Assembly: GCA_037445795.1 (NCBI GenBank)
Contig: JBBIJT010000002.1
Coordinates: 1 to 56,939 of the forward strand
Reading direction: 5' to 3'
DNA: 56,939 bases
DNA from: Betaproteobacteria bacterium
Lineage (GTDB): Bacteria > Pseudomonadota > Gammaproteobacteria > Burkholderiales > Usitatibacteraceae
In this document: positions 23,274-34,589 of the stretch, in pieces
Layout of the letters: each line of letters starts with the position of its first letter
Numbering within the stretch: the first letter of the stretch is position 1
The notes under the pieces: model-generated
What the model saw: the letters and a program-made list of their open reading frames with translations, nothing else
Databases searched by the model: none
Told to the model about the DNA's origin: nothing
Translations under genes and position numbers: made by a program

Positions 23274-23332
23274 GGGTAGCGACCGTTAGAATGTGAGGCT
23301 ATTTTCGCCGAAAAACGGGAACGGGACATCCC

Positions 23333-24105
23333 TTGCGAATCATCACCCTCAACGCCAACGGCATCCGCTCGGCCGCCTCCAAGGGCTTCCTCGACTGGAT
23401 GAGGCGCCAGAAGGCGGACCTCGTCTGCCTCCAGGAGATCAAGGCGCAGGAGGCCGACCTCCCGAAGGAGATCCTCGCCCCGGCGCGGCACCACGCCTTC
23501 CTCCACCCCGCCGAGAAGAAGGGCTACAGCGGCGTGGCCGTCTACGCCCGCAAGGAGCCGGACCGCGTGGTGCTGGGGCTCGGCATCAGGGACATCGACG
23601 CCCAGGGCCGCTACCTCCAGCTCGACTACGGCAACCTCTCCGTGGTGTCCATCTACGTGCCCTCCGGTTCCTCGGGCGAGGAGGCGCAGGCGCGCAAGTT
23701 CTCCTTCATGAAGCGCTTCATGCCGCGCCTCAAGTCGATGATGGCCTCGGGACGCGAGTTCATCCTGTGCGGCGACTGGAACATCGCGCACAAGGAGATC
23801 GACCTGAAGAACTGGCGCTCGAACCAGAAGAACTCGGGCTTCCTGCCGGAGGAGCGCGCCTGGCTCACGAGCGCCTTCGACCACGTGGGGTGGGTGGACG
23901 TGTTCCGCACCCTCAACCCGCTGCCGGAGCAGTACACGTGGTGGTCCAACCGCGGCCGCGCGTGGGAGAAGAACGTGGGATGGCGCCTCGACTACCAGAT
24001 CGCCACCCCCGCCATCGCCGGCTGCGCCGAGTACGCCCGCATCTACAAGGACCGGCGCTTCTCGGATCACGCTCCCCTCACCATCGACTACGACTTCTCG
24101 CTGTA

Positions 24106-24106
<1 letters not shown>
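23333..24106 (+). CDS. xthA: Exodeoxyribonuclease III
   Basis: TTG start at 23333. The protein reads RIITLNANGIRSA...LQEIK...GDWNIAH...SDHAPL. Confidence 0.93.
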
Positions 24107-26016
<1,910 letters not shown>

Positions 26017-26072
26017 GCGTTTTCGGAGGTGCGGCCGCGCACGTCGACGCGGCCTCACCCACCGGAGGCCCC

Positions 26073-26450
26073 ATGCATCTCGAATCCGCATTGCCCATCG
26101 TGAAAGCGCTGGCGGACGGCGTGAACCCCGTCACCGGCGAGGCATATCCCGAAGACAGCCCCTACGCCGAGCCGCGTGCCCTTCGCGCGCTCTTCTCCGC
26201 CGTCGACCTCATGCAGCGCGAGGTGGAAAAGGAGAAGCGGCGCGAGCGGCTCCCCGCCAATTTCGGCAAGCCCTGGACGGAAGGCGAGGACCGCGACATC
26301 GCGGTGGCCTTCGACGCCGGCGCCAACATCGCCGACATGGCGCGCAGGCACGCGCGCACGCAGGGCTCCATCCGCCTGCGGCTCGAGAAGCTGGGCAAGC
26401 TCCCGCCTTCCGGCGAGGCGCGCTACGAGGTCAGCCCTCGCGCTGCTTGA
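26073..26450 (+). CDS. Small hypothetical protein with Myb/SANT-like helix-turn-helix
   Basis: A GGAGG sits 4 nt upstream of ATG 26073. The segment [44 protein letters not shown] resembles a Myb/SANT repeat. The 3' end overlaps convergent msrB by 20 nt. Confidence 0.6.
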   Translation: MHLESALPIVKALADGVNPVTGEAYPEDSPYAEPRALRALFSAVDLMQREVEKEKRRERLPANFGKPWTEGEDRDIAVAFDAGANIADMARRHARTQGSIRLRLEKLGKLPPSGEARYEVSPRAA

Positions 26451-26829
26451 GCCTGAGCGCCGCCGAGTTCATGCAGTAGCGGCGCCCCGTGGGCTTCGGG
26501 CCGTCGTCGAACACGTGGCCGAGGTGGGCGTCGCAGTTCGAGCACACCACCTCGGTGCGCACCATCAGGTGGCTCAGGTCCTCGCGCTCCTCGACCGCGC
26601 CGGGCGTCGCCGGCTCGAAGAACGAGGGCCAGCCGCAGCCTGCGTCGAACTTCGTGTCGGAGACGAAGAGGTCCTGCCCGCAGCACACGCACTGGTAGGT
26701 GCCGGCCGTCCAGCAGTCGTCGTACTCGCCGGAGAAGGGGCGCTCGGTCGCGGCCTTGCGCGTCACCTCGAACTGCTTCGGGGTGAGGAGCTTCTTCCAC
26801 TCGTCGACGGTCTTGAAGAGCTTGGCCAT
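26431..26829 (-). CDS. msrB: Peptide-methionine (R)-S-oxide reductase
   Basis: ATG at 26829 ([22 protein letters not shown]...). Two CxxC zinc motifs (CVCCG, CSNCD), GWPSF and the catalytic RYCMNS are present. Confidence 0.95.
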   Translation of the reverse strand: MAKLFKTVDEWKKLLTPKQFEVTRKAATERPFSGEYDDCWTAGTYQCVCCGQDLFVSDTKFDAGCGWPSFFEPATPGAVEEREDLSHLMVRTEVVCSNCDAHLGHVFDDGPKPTGRRYCMNSAALRLKQREG

Positions 26830-26947
26830 GGCGGCGCCTTCCGGGGGCAGGAGGCTGCATTCTATTCGCGTCCGCGGCGGCCGGTTCGCCGGGCCGGGCC
26901 GGCCGCGAATACACTGGAGCGGTGAAGAACGTCGCGGAACGCCTGTC

Positions 26948-28045
26948 GTGAAGCGCCTCGCCTGCATCGTGGCCGCCGCCGTCCTGTCCGTGGGCGTGCG
27001 GGCGGCGGAATTCGGGACGCCCGGTGGCCCCGAGCCGGCCAACCTCGGCGAGGTGATGGAGACCTTGCGCCGGGATCCCTACGACCTCGAGCTGCTCATC
27101 AGCTTCGGCACCTCCAAGGGAGGTTCCGCCGGGCACCTCGCGCTCGCCCTGCGCGACTCCGCGCCCGGCGACGACCTCGTGTACTCCGCCAACTTCTACG
27201 CCGACCGCGACCCGAAGCACGCCAGGGACTTCTACACCGACGAGCTCATGGTCGCCATCCCGAAGCGGGAGTACCTGTACGGCACCCGCTCGACGTTGGG
27301 CCCGAAGGCCTCCTTCGGCCTGGACTACGGCGAGGTCTACAAGCGCTCGGTCATCGGCGTGCGCGTCCGCGGCGTGCCGGCCGCCGAGAAGGAGGCGCTC
27401 GCCGCCTTCTTCCGGCGCCTCAACGACGATTTCCGCCGCCGCGCGCGGGACGCCGAGTACCACGACCGCGAGGTGAAGTACGACTACCTGCGCCTCAACT
27501 GCGCGAAGACGATCGGCTCCGCCTTCCGGTTCGGCGCGGGGTACCGGGACCTGGAGGTGGAGGGCACGAAGGTCCTGCCGGGGCTCTCGAGGGTGGTGGC
27601 CGCGGCCAACGCCAACATCCCCACCGAGATGGCGCTGAAGCTCCTTGAGGCGTGGAACGCGCGCGGCTACGGGCTCGACGTCGTTCTCTACCGGAAGTAC
27701 GCGGGCTCGACGTGGGTCGATCCGCACGACGAGGAGAAGGTGGCGTTCGGGGACCTGCCCAACCGCTTCCCCTCGGTGCTTTCGCGCGACTTCCGCAAGG
27801 AGGCCGGCGAGTACGAGGACTACGACAACCTCTTCGCCATGTATCTCTTCTACAACCTCGGCCGCTACGGGGTGCGCGTCGACGGCGCCGCGGGTCGGCT
27901 CGAGATCGCGCACCGCAAGGATCCGCTCGCCTATCGGGAGGCCGCGGCGCTCGCCGCCGGGAGCGCGCGTTCCGACAGCGAGAACTACCGCCGCCACGCC
28001 CGGTTCCGCCCGAAGGGCCGCCGCGTGGGCGAGGCGGACGAGTAA
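26948..28045 (+). CDS. Secreted hypothetical protein with His...Asn-Cys motif pair (possible NlpC/P60-LRAT-like or DUF4105-like fold)
   Basis: GTG at 26948 gives the signal peptide [23 protein letters not shown] recognise no family with confidence. [12 protein letters not shown] and [15 protein letters not shown] resemble the His-box and NC-box of permuted papain-like acyltransferases or hydrolases. Confidence 0.6.
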   Translation: MKRLACIVAAAVLSVGVRAAEFGTPGGPEPANLGEVMETLRRDPYDLELLISFGTSKGGSAGHLALALRDSAPGDDLVYSANFYADRDPKHARDFYTDELMVAIPKREYLYGTRSTLGPKASFGLDYGEVYKRSVIGVRVRGVPAAEKEALAAFFRRLNDDFRRRARDAEYHDREVKYDYLRLNCAKTIGSAFRFGAGYRDLEVEGTKVLPGLSRVVAAANANIPTEMALKLLEAWNARGYGLDVVLYRKYAGSTWVDPHDEEKVAFGDLPNRFPSVLSRDFRKEAGEYEDYDNLFAMYLFYNLGRYGVRVDGAAGRLEIAHRKDPLAYREAAALAAGSARSDSENYRRHARFRPKGRRVGEADE

Positions 28046-28109
28046 GTGGCCGCCCGTGACCTCGTCCTGGCAGCGAAACGCCGGCGCGGTGCGCCGGTTC
28101 GCGCGGCTG

Positions 28110-28985
28110 ATGCGTTTGGGGGCGTGGCTGCAGTCGCTGCCGGCGCGGCTCGTGCCTGCACCGGTGCGGCTGGTGCAGATCGGCTCCGCCTTCTGGCAAT
28201 CGCGGGCGCTCCACGTCGCGGCGCGGCTCGACATCGCCACGGTGCTGGGCGACGGGGAGCTCGGCGCCGAAGCGATCGCCGCCCGGGCTGGCGGGCACCC
28301 GGATGCCGTCGCGCGCCTCATGCGGTTCCTGGCCGCGATGGGCGTCTTCGAGGAGACGGGGCCGGCGACGTTCCGCAACAACCGCGTCTCCGCCTGCCTG
28401 CGCGCCGACCACCCGCAGTCGGTGCGCGCCATGGTCCTCATTCACAACTCGGAGGCCATGAGCCGCCCGTGGTACGAGCAGCTGGAGCGCGGCGTGCGCG
28501 AGGGCACGCCGCCTTTCGTCCTCGCGCACGGGCAGGAGCTCTTCGCCTGGCTCGACGGCCACGCGGAGATGAACGCCCTGTTCTCGCAGGCCATGGACAG
28601 CGTCGAGGCGCTGGCCGGCACGAGCTTCGCCACGGACTTCGACAGGGTCGTCGATGTGGGCGGGGCCCGGGGCCACTGGGCCGCCCACCCGGCAGCGGGC
28701 GTGGACCGGCTTCGGTTCGAGGCGGGCGACGTGCTCGCGTCGGTGCCCGCGGCGCAGGGCCCGCGGGACGCCCACCTCCTGTCGGCGGTGCGGCACGGCT
28801 TCGACGACGGGACGGCCGCGGACCTCGCCGGCGCCTCGTTCGACATGCAGATGTTCATGGGCACGCGGGGCCGCGAGCGCACCCTCGCGCAGTGGCGCGC
28901 GCTCTTCGAACGCGGCGGGGTCGAGCTTGAGGAGGTGGTGGGGCTGCGATCCTTCGGCAGCCTGCTGGTGCTGCGGTCCGCCTGA
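28110..28985 (+). CDS. O-methyltransferase family-2-like protein with truncated SAM-binding domain (possible gene remnant)
   Basis: The N-terminal dimerisation/wHTH-like region is intact (FWQSRALHVAARLDIATVL...VARLMRFLAAMGVFEE). Motif I (VDVGGARGH) is followed almost at once by RLRFEAGD, and HGFDDGTAADL is followed almost at once by ASFDMQMFMGTRGRERT. The protein is ~291 aa, versus roughly 330-350 aa as I recall for typical family members. In-frame GTGs at 28056 and 28089 are alternative starts. Confidence 0.6.
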   Translation: MRLGAWLQSLPARLVPAPVRLVQIGSAFWQSRALHVAARLDIATVLGDGELGAEAIAARAGGHPDAVARLMRFLAAMGVFEETGPATFRNNRVSACLRADHPQSVRAMVLIHNSEAMSRPWYEQLERGVREGTPPFVLAHGQELFAWLDGHAEMNALFSQAMDSVEALAGTSFATDFDRVVDVGGARGHWAAHPAAGVDRLRFEAGDVLASVPAAQGPRDAHLLSAVRHGFDDGTAADLAGASFDMQMFMGTRGRERTLAQWRALFERGGVELEEVVGLRSFGSLLVLRSA

Positions 28986-28989
28986 CGCC

Positions 28990-30060
28990 TTACGCCAGGC
29001 ACCCCTCGAGCAAGCGCAGGAAATTCCCGCCGATGAAGGCGGCGATGTCCTCCTGCGTGAGGCCCGCATCGCCCATGGCCGCCATCAGCTTCGGCAGCGA
29101 AGCGATGGACGTCCAACCTTCGACCAGGCGCGGCAGGCCACCCCCGCCATCGGTCCCCAGGCCGCAGTGCTCGATCCCCAGCCGGCGCTTCATCTCGGCG
29201 ATCTCCTCGGCCCAGTGCCTGAGCGTCGTCCGCTGCGATCGGTTCCCGGAATAGGCGAACGGCCACGTGCATACGACGCCGCCAGTCTTCGCGATCATTT
29301 CCAGTTCCTGCCACGGCCGCAGGCGGCGCAGCCCCGGGCCGTCCTCGCCGGCAAGGAGCGGGCTCGTATGGGAGTCGACCAAGGGCCTTGCGCAGACTTC
29401 CGCGATGCCCTTCAGGGTGCCGCCCTTCGCGTGCGCGACGTCGACGAGCATTCCCAGCGAATTCATCCGCTCGACGACCTGGATGCCGAAGCGGGTCAGC
29501 GGACCATCGGACCCCGAGCGCTGGTTGCAGCCGATCTCGTTGTCGCGATCGTGGACGAGCGTCATCATCCTCACGCCCTCCTGGTGGAACGCGTCGAGGT
29601 TGCGCAGGTTGCCTTCGAGCGCGTCGCCGCCTTCGATCGCCTTCAGGCCGCCGGGAGCTCCGGGCTTCGCGATGAGCGCGCGCAGGCCGGAAGCGTCCCG
29701 CACGGGACGAAGGTCTCCCCTTTCCTCGAGCCGCCGGACCTGCCCCAGCTGGTCCAGGGTGTCGCGAAAGGGCGAGCCGAAGCGGCCGCGGTGGAAGGCC
29801 ATGTCCCCGACGGCCGAGAACGCGCAGAGCGTCATCCCTGCCTGCCGGATGATCTCGAGGGTCGGCGTCGAGGGATCGTAAGTTCGGCTTCCGTGAAGCT
29901 GGCCGGGATGGGCGTGGGCATCGGCGAACAGCAGCGGCTCCGATCGCGCTGCATCCTTCGGGGAGGGTCCCGCAGCCTCCGAACCTCGCGCCAGGCCGTT
30001 GAAGACGGCGACCACCCCGGCGGTGGCGGCATATCCGGTGAACTGCCTCCTGTCCATCAC
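28990..30060 (-). CDS. Membrane dipeptidase (peptidase family M19) with Tat-like signal
   Basis: 356-aa ORF with the N-terminal twin-arginine sequence [20 protein letters not shown]19-like metal ligand blocks are present: ADAHAHP, LVDVAHA, VDSHTS and GLGTDGGG. Confidence 0.8.
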   Translation of the reverse strand: MMDRRQFTGYAATAGVVAVFNGLARGSEAAGPSPKDAARSEPLLFADAHAHPGQLHGSRTYDPSTPTLEIIRQAGMTLCAFSAVGDMAFHRGRFGSPFRDTLDQLGQVRRLEERGDLRPVRDASGLRALIAKPGAPGGLKAIEGGDALEGNLRNLDAFHQEGVRMMTLVHDRDNEIGCNQRSGSDGPLTRFGIQVVERMNSLGMLVDVAHAKGGTLKGIAEVCARPLVDSHTSPLLAGEDGPGLRRLRPWQELEMIAKTGGVVCTWPFAYSGNRSQRTTLRHWAEEIAEMKRRLGIEHCGLGTDGGGGLPRLVEGWTSIASLPKLMAAMGDAGLTQEDIAAFIGGNFLRLLEGCLA

Positions 30061-30164
30061 TTCCCCAGCGGCCGAGGATAGAATCCATTGTAGCGAGTGC
30101 CGCAGGGTGCGTCGCCGGCGGCAAGGGCGCGCAGGGCCCCGCTTCCGGTATCCTCTCCCGCACC

Positions 30165-31427
30165 TTGCCGACCCACGACTACACCGCCGTTTTCCGCGAC
30201 CGCCGCCTCGCGGTCATCCTCCTCCTCGGCTTCTCCTCCGGCCTTCCCCTCGCGCTGACGGGCGGCACGCTGCAGGCGTGGATGACCGTGGAGGGAGTGG
30301 ATCTCTCCACCATCGGCATCTTCACGCTCGTGGGGCTGCCCTACACGTGGAAGTTCCTGTGGGCGCCGATGATGGACCGCTTCGTGCCTCCGTTCCTCGG
30401 CCGGCGGCGCGGGTGGCTCCTCCTCACGCAGCTCTCGCTCGCTGCGCTCATCGCGGCGATGGCCTTCGCGTCCCCCAGGGGCGACCTCGCCTGGCTTGCG
30501 CTCCTCGCGGTGCTGGTGGCCTTCACCTCGGCCTCGCAGGACATCGTGTTCGACGCCTACCGGACGGACGTCGCCAGGCCCAAGCAGCGCGGCCTCGCCG
30601 CGGCCTTCACCGTGGTGGGCTACCGCGTCGCGATGCTCACCTCCGGCGCCGCGGCCCTCGTGCTGGTGGCGGGGTCGGGCTTCATTCCCGCGCTGGGCTG
30701 GAAGAGCACCTACCTGCTCATGGCGGGGCTCATGGGCGTGGGCGCCCTCGCGACGCTGTGGGGGCCGGAGCCCGAGGCCGCCGCGCCGCCGCCGCGCACG
30801 CTGGAGGAGGCCGTGTGGGCGCCGCTCAAGGAATTCTTCTCGCGGCCCGGCGCCTGGGCGCTCCTCGTGCTCATCGTCCTCTACAAGCTGGGCGACGCGT
30901 TCGCGGGCTCGCTCACCACCGCGTTCCTGCTTCGCGGGGCGGGCTTCTCGCTGGACGACGTGGGCTACGTGAACAAGGGCATGGGGCTCGCGGCCACCAT
31001 CTTCGGCGCGCTCTTCGGCGGCGCGCTCATGGTGCGGCTGGGCCTCTTCCGCGCGCTCATGACCTTCGGGATCCTGCAGGCGGTGTCGAACCTCGGCTTC
31101 ATGGCGCTCGCCGCCTCGGGGAAGAGCTGGCCCCTGATGATCTTCGCCGTCGGCTTCGAGAACCTCTGCGGCGGGATGGGCACGGCGGCCTTCGTCGCGC
31201 TCCTCATGGCGCTCTGCGACCACCGCTTCACCGCCACGCAGTACGCGCTCCTGTCCGCGCTCGCCGCCTTCGGCCGCGTCTACGTCGGCCCGGCCGCCGG
31301 CTACGCCACGGACCCGAAGTACCTCGGCCTCTCGTGGACGGTCTTCTTCTTCCTCACGTTCCTCGTCGCGCTTCCTGGGCTGGTTCTTCTTTGGTGGAAG
31401 CGCGAATCCCTCAGCGCCCTCGGCTAG
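30165..31427 (+). CDS. ampG: Muropeptide MFS permease AmpG
   Basis: TTG start. The N-terminus ([55 protein letters not shown]) closely parallels my recollection of the E. coli AmpG N-terminus. Confidence 0.9.
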   Translation: MPTHDYTAVFRDRRLAVILLLGFSSGLPLALTGGTLQAWMTVEGVDLSTIGIFTLVGLPYTWKFLWAPMMDRFVPPFLGRRRGWLLLTQLSLAALIAAMAFASPRGDLAWLALLAVLVAFTSASQDIVFDAYRTDVARPKQRGLAAAFTVVGYRVAMLTSGAAALVLVAGSGFIPALGWKSTYLLMAGLMGVGALATLWGPEPEAAAPPPRTLEEAVWAPLKEFFSRPGAWALLVLIVLYKLGDAFAGSLTTAFLLRGAGFSLDDVGYVNKGMGLAATIFGALFGGALMVRLGLFRALMTFGILQAVSNLGFMALAASGKSWPLMIFAVGFENLCGGMGTAAFVALLMALCDHRFTATQYALLSALAAFGRVYVGPAAGYATDPKYLGLSWTVFFFLTFLVALPGLVLLWWKRESLSALG

Positions 31428-31432
31428 AATTC

Positions 31433-31470
31433 GGGGACGGTTCTCCGGAACCGTCCCCAATACCTGTCCC
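31433..31470 (+). repeat. 38-nt palindromic intergenic element, copy 1
   Basis: The sequence is ggggacggttctccggaaccgtccccaatacctgtccc. It forms an 11-bp perfect stem (GGGGACGGTTC/GAACCGTCCCC) with a 4-nt loop and a 12-nt tail. It fills the gap between the ampG stop and the VOC ATG. Confidence 0.9.
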
Positions 31471-31471
31471 C

Positions 31472-31894
31472 ATGACGATGCCCCCGTTCCACCTCGCCTT
31501 TCCCGTCCGCGACCTCGAGGAGGCCCGCCGCTTCTATGGAGGCCTGCTCGGCTGCCCCGAGGGCCGCAGCTCCCCGGACTGGATCGACTTCGACTTCCAC
31601 GGCCACCAGATCGTCGCGCACCTGTCGCCCGACGAGGCCGGCCACCGCAACACCAGCGCCGTCGATGGCGACAACGTGCCGGTGCGCCACTTCGGGCTCG
31701 TGCTCCCGATGCCCGAATGGCACAAGCTCGCCGACCGGCTGAAGGCTGCCGGCATCAAGTTCGTGATCGAGCCCCACATCCGCTTCAAGGGCCTTCCGGG
31801 CGAGCAGGCGACGATGTTCTTCCTCGACCCTTCGGGCAACGCCCTCGAGTTCAAGGCCTTCGAGGACCCCTCCCGGCTATTCGCCAAGCAGTAG
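31472..31894 (+). CDS. VOC-family (glyoxalase/bleomycin-resistance/dioxygenase fold) protein
   Basis: 140 aa from ATG 31472 ([28 protein letters not shown]...HFGLVL...[15 protein letters not shown]). Confidence 0.8.
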   Translation: MTMPPFHLAFPVRDLEEARRFYGGLLGCPEGRSSPDWIDFDFHGHQIVAHLSPDEAGHRNTSAVDGDNVPVRHFGLVLPMPEWHKLADRLKAAGIKFVIEPHIRFKGLPGEQATMFFLDPSGNALEFKAFEDPSRLFAKQ

Positions 31895-31905
31895 GGACAC
31901 GTTCC

Positions 31906-31943
31906 GGGGACGGTTCTCCGGAACCGTCCCCAATACCTGTCCC
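31906..31943 (+). repeat. 38-nt palindromic intergenic element, copy 2 (identical to copy 1)
   Basis: This copy matches 31433-31470 at 38/38 positions in the same orientation. It fills the gap between the VOC stop and the convergent metW stop. Confidence 0.9.
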
Positions 31944-31944
31944 G

Positions 31945-32529
31945 CTAGCGGCGGCGGAAGCGGAAGACGCCGAGGCTGCCCAGCAGGTTGGGCAGCGTCC
32001 CCACGATCCTGCCCTGGTGCAGCACGCGCTCGTCGAGGATCTCCGCGCCCACCTGCACGCAGAGCGCCTCGAAATCCTTGACCGTGCACAGGTGGATGTT
32101 GGGCGTGTCGTACCACTGGTAGGGCAGCGACTCCGACACCGGCATGCGCCCCTTGAGGATCGCGAGCCGGTGCCGCCAGTAGCCGAAGTTGGGGAAGGTG
32201 ACGATCCCCTCGCGCCCCACGCGCAGCATTTCCGCGAGGAGCAGGTCCGAGCGGCGCATCGCCTGGAGCGTCTGCGAGAGGATCACGAAGTCGAAGGCGT
32301 CGTCCTCGAAGTTGGAGAGCCCCGTCTCCAGGTCCACCTGGATCACGTTCACGCCGTGGCCCACGGCCGCGAGTACGCGGTCGGGGTCGATCTCCACGCC
32401 GTAGCCCTTGACGCCGCGCGTGGCCGCGAGCCCGGCGAGGAGCTGGCCGTCGCCGCAGCCCAGGTCGAGCACGCGCGCGCCCTCCGGGATCCACGAGGCG
32501 ATGAGGTCGAAGTCGAAACGGGGCGTCAT
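31945..32529 (-). CDS. metW: Methionine biosynthesis protein MetW
   Basis: ATG at 32529 overlaps the metX stop (ATGA). The protein reads [28 protein letters not shown]. Confidence 0.92.
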   Translation of the reverse strand: MTPRFDFDLIASWIPEGARVLDLGCGDGQLLAGLAATRGVKGYGVEIDPDRVLAAVGHGVNVIQVDLETGLSNFEDDAFDFVILSQTLQAMRRSDLLLAEMLRVGREGIVTFPNFGYWRHRLAILKGRMPVSESLPYQWYDTPNIHLCTVKDFEALCVQVGAEILDERVLHQGRIVGTLPNLLGSLGVFRFRRR

Positions 32530-33752
32530 GCGGCCCTCCCCTTGGCGGCGTAGCCCTTCATCTCCTCGAGCTCCGTGCCTCCGACGACGAGCGCCCGCTC
32601 GCGCCGGCCCGCGCCCACCTCCTCCGCCACGTTGTCCATGTAGGCCGCCACCACCCGGTGGTAGTGCGCGTCGTCGAGCAGGAACGCGTCGTGCCCGTGC
32701 GGCGCGTCGATCTCGGCGTAGGTCACGTTCTTGCCGCCCTTCACCAGCGCCTTCACGATCTCGCGCGAGCGCTCCGGCGGGAAGCGCCAGTCGCTCGTGA
32801 AGGAGGCCACCAGGAAGCCCGCCTTCGCCGCCGCCACTGCCTTGGCGAAGTCGCCGCCCGTCTCGCGCGCCGGGTCGAAGTAGTCCAGCGCCTTGGTCAT
32901 GATGAGGTAGGTGTTGGCGTCGAACACCTGCGCGAACTTGTCGCCCTGGTAGCGCAAGTAGGACTCGATCTCGAACTCCACGTCGTAGTTGAAGCCGTAG
33001 TCGTCGCCCTTGATCTCGCGCCCGAACTTCTCGCCCAGCAGGTCCTCGGAGAGGTAGGTGATGTGGCCCAGCATGCGGGCGAGCTTGAGGCCGCGCGCCG
33101 GGAAGGTCTTCATGGCGTAGAAGTTGCCCCCGTGGAAATCCGGGTCCGAGACGATCGCCTGCCGCGCCACGTCGTTGAAGGCGATGTTCTGCGTCGAGAG
33201 CTTGGGCGCCGCCGCGATCACGATGGCGTGCGCGATGCGGTCCGGGAAGTCGAGCGTCCACTGCAGCGCCTGCATGCCGCCCAGCGAGCCGCCCATGGCC
33301 GCGGCGAGGCGCCCGATGCCGAGGCGGTCCATGAGGCGCGCCTGCGAGGCGACCCAGTCCTCGACGGTGACGAGCGGAAAACCGGCCCCGTAGGGCTGGC
33401 CGGTGGAGCGGTCGATGGTGGCCGGCCCCGTGGAGCCGTGGCAGCCCCCGAGGTTGTTCACGCCGACCACGAAGAAGCGGTCGGTGTCGATCGCCTTGCC
33501 GGGCCCGATCATGTTGTCCCACCAGCCCAGCTTCTTCGGGCTGTCGGCGTGCCAGCCGGCCACGTGGTGGTTGCCGGAGAGCGCGTGGCAGACGAGCACC
33601 GCGTTGGACCGGTCGGCGTTGAGCCTGCCGTAGGTCTCGTAGACGAGCTCGTAGGAGGCGAGCGTGCGCCCGCCCTTGAGGATCAGGGGCTCGAGGAAGC
33701 CCGCGCGCTGCGGCGCGACCTCTCCCACGGAGCCGACAGGAATTTCGCTCAT
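32526..33752 (-). CDS. metX: Homoserine O-acyltransferase (MetX family)
   Basis: ATG at 33752 ([10 protein letters not shown]...). The alpha/beta-hydrolase nucleophile elbow is GGSLGGMQ, and [13 protein letters not shown] is typical of MetX. The track ORF start at 33839 would read through a terminator hairpin, so I rejected it. Confidence 0.93.
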   Translation of the reverse strand: MSEIPVGSVGEVAPQRAGFLEPLILKGGRTLASYELVYETYGRLNADRSNAVLVCHALSGNHHVAGWHADSPKKLGWWDNMIGPGKAIDTDRFFVVGVNNLGGCHGSTGPATIDRSTGQPYGAGFPLVTVEDWVASQARLMDRLGIGRLAAAMGGSLGGMQALQWTLDFPDRIAHAIVIAAAPKLSTQNIAFNDVARQAIVSDPDFHGGNFYAMKTFPARGLKLARMLGHITYLSEDLLGEKFGREIKGDDYGFNYDVEFEIESYLRYQGDKFAQVFDANTYLIMTKALDYFDPARETGGDFAKAVAAAKAGFLVASFTSDWRFPPERSREIVKALVKGGKNVTYAEIDAPHGHDAFLLDDAHYHRVVAAYMDNVAEEVGAGRRERALVVGGTELEEMKGYAAKGRAA

Positions 33753-33771
33753 TGCACGACGCCCGAGAATG

Positions 33772-33804
33772 AAAAAACCCGACCGGCTATCGCGGGGTCG
33801 GGTT
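33772..33804 (-). terminator. Intrinsic terminator inside the metX leader (attenuator)
   Basis: The minus strand reads AACCCGACC-ccgcgatagcc-GGTCGGGTTTTTT. That is a 9-bp stem followed by a T-run of 6, ending 19 nt before the metX ATG. No gene lies upstream on this strand, because DUF502 is divergent. Confidence 0.75.
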
Positions 33805-33890
33805 CTCTTCGGGAGACCTGCCTCTCGCTTTAGCCGCATTTATTTCGCGCCCGCAAGCTGAGCTCAAATTCGGCGCGTGGGCCCATTATA
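33805..33890 (-). promoter_or_regulatory. metX promoter -10 (TATAAT) plus structured 5' leader; candidate riboswitch/attenuator
   Basis: On the minus strand a perfect TATAAT lies at 33890-33885. It is followed by an ~80-nt leader containing a 6-bp GC helix (CGCGCC...GGCGCG). The loop of that helix carries GCUU, which could pair with the AAGC of a downstream GCUAAAGC tract. Confidence 0.5.
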
Positions 33891-33995
33891 CGGGCGCCGC
33901 GGCCCGGCGCGCCAGCGCAGGGCCCGGATGATCCGGATCAAGGCCTCGCGGGAGCGCGCGCGTAGCGTGGGCTGGCAGTCCGCAAAGGAGGGCAC

Positions 33996-34589
33996 ATGAA
34001 AGAAACTCTCGGGTACGCCGCCAAGGCCACGCTTCGCGGGCTGCTCATCGTGGCCCCGATCTATCTCGCGATCCTGCTGCTGCTCAAGGGGATGAAGTCG
34101 GTGGCGAAGCTGGTGAGCCCGTTCACGCAGCTGCTTCCGGCGTGGGTCCCGGCCGAGGAGGCGCTGTCGCTGCTCCTCGTCTTGGCGATCTGCTTCCTGA
34201 TCGGTGCTTCCGTGGGCACCCGGGCAGGCGAGGGCGCCCGCCGCTGGATCGAAGGGGCGCTCCTGCAGAGGATCCCCGGCTACTCGCTCCTGCGCAGCCT
34301 CACGCAGCAGGTGGCTGGCGAAAGCCGGGAGAAGACCTGGAAGGCCGCCCTCTTCCAGAGCGACGAGGCGCTGGTTCCCGCCTTCATCATCGAGGAGCTG
34401 GACGACGGGCGCTACACCGTCTTCGTCCCGTCGATCCCCACGCCCTTCGCCGGCGCGGTCTACGTCCTCGACCGCCAGCGCGTGCATCCGGTGGACGTGC
34501 CCTTCACCGACGCCGTCAAGGTCGTCTCGCGCTGGGGTTCCGGCGCGAAGGACCTCGTGGCGGCGATGGAGAAGGGCGGCAAGCCCTAG
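33996..34589 (+). CDS. DUF502-family membrane protein
   Basis: 197-aa ORF with two N-terminal TM helices (GLLIVAPIYLAILLLLKG, LSLLLVLAICFLIGA). The C-terminal block (YTVFVPSIPTPFAGAVYVL) is typical of DUF502. Confidence 0.75.
   Translation: MKETLGYAAKATLRGLLIVAPIYLAILLLLKGMKSVAKLVSPFTQLLPAWVPAEEALSLLLVLAICFLIGASVGTRAGEGARRWIEGALLQRIPGYSLLRSLTQQVAGESREKTWKAALFQSDEALVPAFIIEELDDGRYTVFVPSIPTPFAGAVYVLDRQRVHPVDVPFTDAVKVVSRWGSGAKDLVAAMEKGGKP

Noticed and set aside
31433-31943. CRISPR array or mobile cassette interpretation of the 38-nt repeats
   Set aside because: There are only two local copies, and the 435-bp interval between them is an intact VOC gene rather than a spacer. No cas genes, leader, integrase, transposase or target-site duplication is visible. 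I kept it as a REP-like repeat finding instead.
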